The notes under the pieces are model-generated. The model was not told the origin of the DNA, made no database searches, and saw only the letters and a list, made by a program, of their open reading frames with translations. A stretch of 64,000 nucleotides of DNA, taken from NCBI GenBank assembly GCA_964016885.1, contig OZ024742.1, forward strand, positions 185,442,001-185,506,000. Reading direction: 5' to 3'. The position numbers and the translations under genes are program-made. The stretch's first letter is position 1. Each line of letters starts with the position of its first letter. The stretch comes from Eledone cirrhosa. Its lineage: Eukaryota. Shown here piece after piece: positions 61,830 to 64,000 of this stretch.

Positions 61830-64000
61830 ATAATAACAATAATAATGATATTATTGTGTACAGTGCTCAGGTGCACTACAACTCATCAAAGGTGCATGTA
61901 TAGTATGTAGAATAATGTACAAATGTAAGGAAAGTGAGCAGTGTATGAGTCATGATATATATGTGTGCATGTGTATGGAGGGGGAATATCAGGTGCAGTG
62001 TTGGAAGCATGGAAGCTTTGAAGGATGCTGTGTCCCAACAACTAACAACTGGTGCAGGTAGCTTGCTTCATGCTTCATGCTTCAGAGTGAGAAAAAAATG
62101 TTTCCAAAAGTCATGGAAGCTGTGCTGTTTTCTGATTTTGTAAGCATGCCCACGTGTGTTAGACACATGGAATTCAAAAAGGTGCTCAGGGTTGTTGTTG
62201 ACAAGATGGTTGATAATCTTGTGGGTGTCTACCAATTCTCTTCCCAGACATCGGAGCTTTAATGTATCCATGCCCAGGGAAGCAAGGCGTTCAGAGTATG
62301 GTTGATGCCTGGTGGAAGGTATTGGCTTGGTTGCACGTCTCTGAACAGTTTCTAGATCAATATTCTGAGCAAGAGAGGGGTTCCAAATTGGTGGTGAAAA
62401 TTCTAGTGTGGACGCACCATAGCTATAAACAACTTTAAATAGATAATTGGGGAGCAGCTGACAAAGGTCTTGCTGAGTGATGTCAAGACACTTTCGGCAT
62501 TCTTGACAATTTTAGAGATGTGCTTTGTCCAATGCAAATCACTGCTGACATTAATGCCCAGGTCACATTCACATTAAGACTTCTTGATATTAGTGTTGTG
62601 GGGGGAGTATGTAGACACTGAATTTTTTTTCCTCCAAAAATGCATGGTGGTACACTTGTCCACAGCCAGCTTGAGTTGCCAGTCCATGATCCATTGCTGC
62701 ATTGTGTCCAGGTCTGATTGCAGGAAAGATCTATAGTGTTAAGGATCTGTCCATTTTTTTTTCAAGGTAGAGCTTGATGTCATCTGCATATTTCAACAAT
62801 GTGGCATTCTTTAAGTTGGCATCTATGTCATTAGTATATGCAACAAACAAAAGAGGACCAAGAACAGATTCTTGCAGTACACCAGATGACATCTCATCAG
62901 ATGAAGAATGCTGTCCTAGAACCGTGACTACCTCTTTTCGACTGAGATTGAAGGACTTCAAGCAGTTAAAAAGATCATCTCTCACACCAATTGCAGAGAG
63001 TTTAGCCATAGGTCTTTTGTGTGGCACAGGATTGAAAGCTTTAGCAAAGTCAAGGTAAACAACATCCACCCATGAGTTGTCATCAGTGACTCGGGTGATG
63101 TCATCAAGAAACTCGAAAAGTTCATCGCAGCAGCTGGAGTTAGGGATACATCCAAATTGCGAAGGCCAAATCAGGATGTTAGAATTCCAGAACATCCAGA
63201 GTGTTTCTCTGACACAGGATTCCATCAGTTTGGTGATGCAGCTAGTAAGACTGACTGGACGATAGTTGACAGGCGATGTGTAGTCACCTTTTTTGAACAG
63301 AGGAATGACACTGGCTGTTTTCCACTGCTCCGGAGTAGCACCGTTGTTAAGACAGAATTGAAAGAAGAGTGAACGCTGGTGCAGAAGAAAGTACCCACCA
63401 CATTTGAGAAGCAGGTATGTAACACCATCAAGACCAGGAGAGGCATAGTTGTACTTATTCTTAAGGTGATGTTGCAGCATTGCAGGTGTAAATTCCATAG
63501 TTGTTATGGAATTTGATGTCAGAAGTGGTGGAGATGGTACACTTTGGTCTTCAACAGTCAAAATGCCTGCATAACATTCAGCAATGAGTTCTGCGCATTC
63601 TTTGGGATCGTCAGTAATCTGGCTTGTGTGGGGATTGCAAAGAGGGCCAACTGGAGAGTGAGGTCTCTGCTTTGAATGTACATATTTCCAGAACACCTTA
63701 CTGTTAGGGTTGGTTGCTCTGTGCTTTTCAAATTCAAGTACTGTTTTTTTTGTCACATGCTTGAGATGGTTGGATCATTTATTGCACTTTTTCTATTGAC
63801 ATCTGATTTATGTAATTAGTATTCCTGTTCAGCATTACAACGTTCTCTCCAGGCAAGTTGGACTGCTGCAGTTACCCAAATTGCACTTTTGTGATGTTTT
63901 TTATGTGTATGTGGTACTGATGCTACATATGCTATCCATATTGAGTTCAGGATGTTCTGAAGTATAGTGTTCACAGCTCCAGAGTCATAAAATTCAAGCC
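61830..64000 (-). mobile_element. CR1/L2-group LINE remnant (RT)
   Basis: SPGLDG, PLFKKG..NYRPVSLTS, YLDFAKAF, GVLQESVLGPLLF, YADDIK, TRGHAYK. Confidence 0.85.

Overview
Eukaryotic, very AT-rich animal DNA. The (TA)n/(CA)n load and the SINE and RTE repertoire suggest an octopus or other coleoid cephalopod (inference). One protein-coding gene spans the window on the minus strand: nine hand-spliced 3' exons (52385 to 2504, about 382 aa) of a ceramide kinase-like (CERKL-type) protein, with its 5' exons not found. The introns hold RTE LINEs with a PHD finger inside the RT, a CR1-type LINE, a GC-rich CRE-type retrotransposon inserted in a minisatellite, a Penelope-like element (PLE), a Helitron, a mariner, MITEs and two tRNA-derived SINE families. 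The most striking signal is about 21 type I hammerhead-ribozyme (HHR)-like motifs from about 12 sequence families, most in foldback structures inside (TA)n tracts, with 15 in 19.6-30.6 kb. At 50674-51646 a 379-bp, highly structured, non-coding HHR unit occurs as circularly permuted, longer-than-unit copies in both orientations, as expected for a retrozyme-like circular RNA. Most long ORFs in the track are microsatellite artefacts. All calls were made by eye, with no database searches or folding runs.
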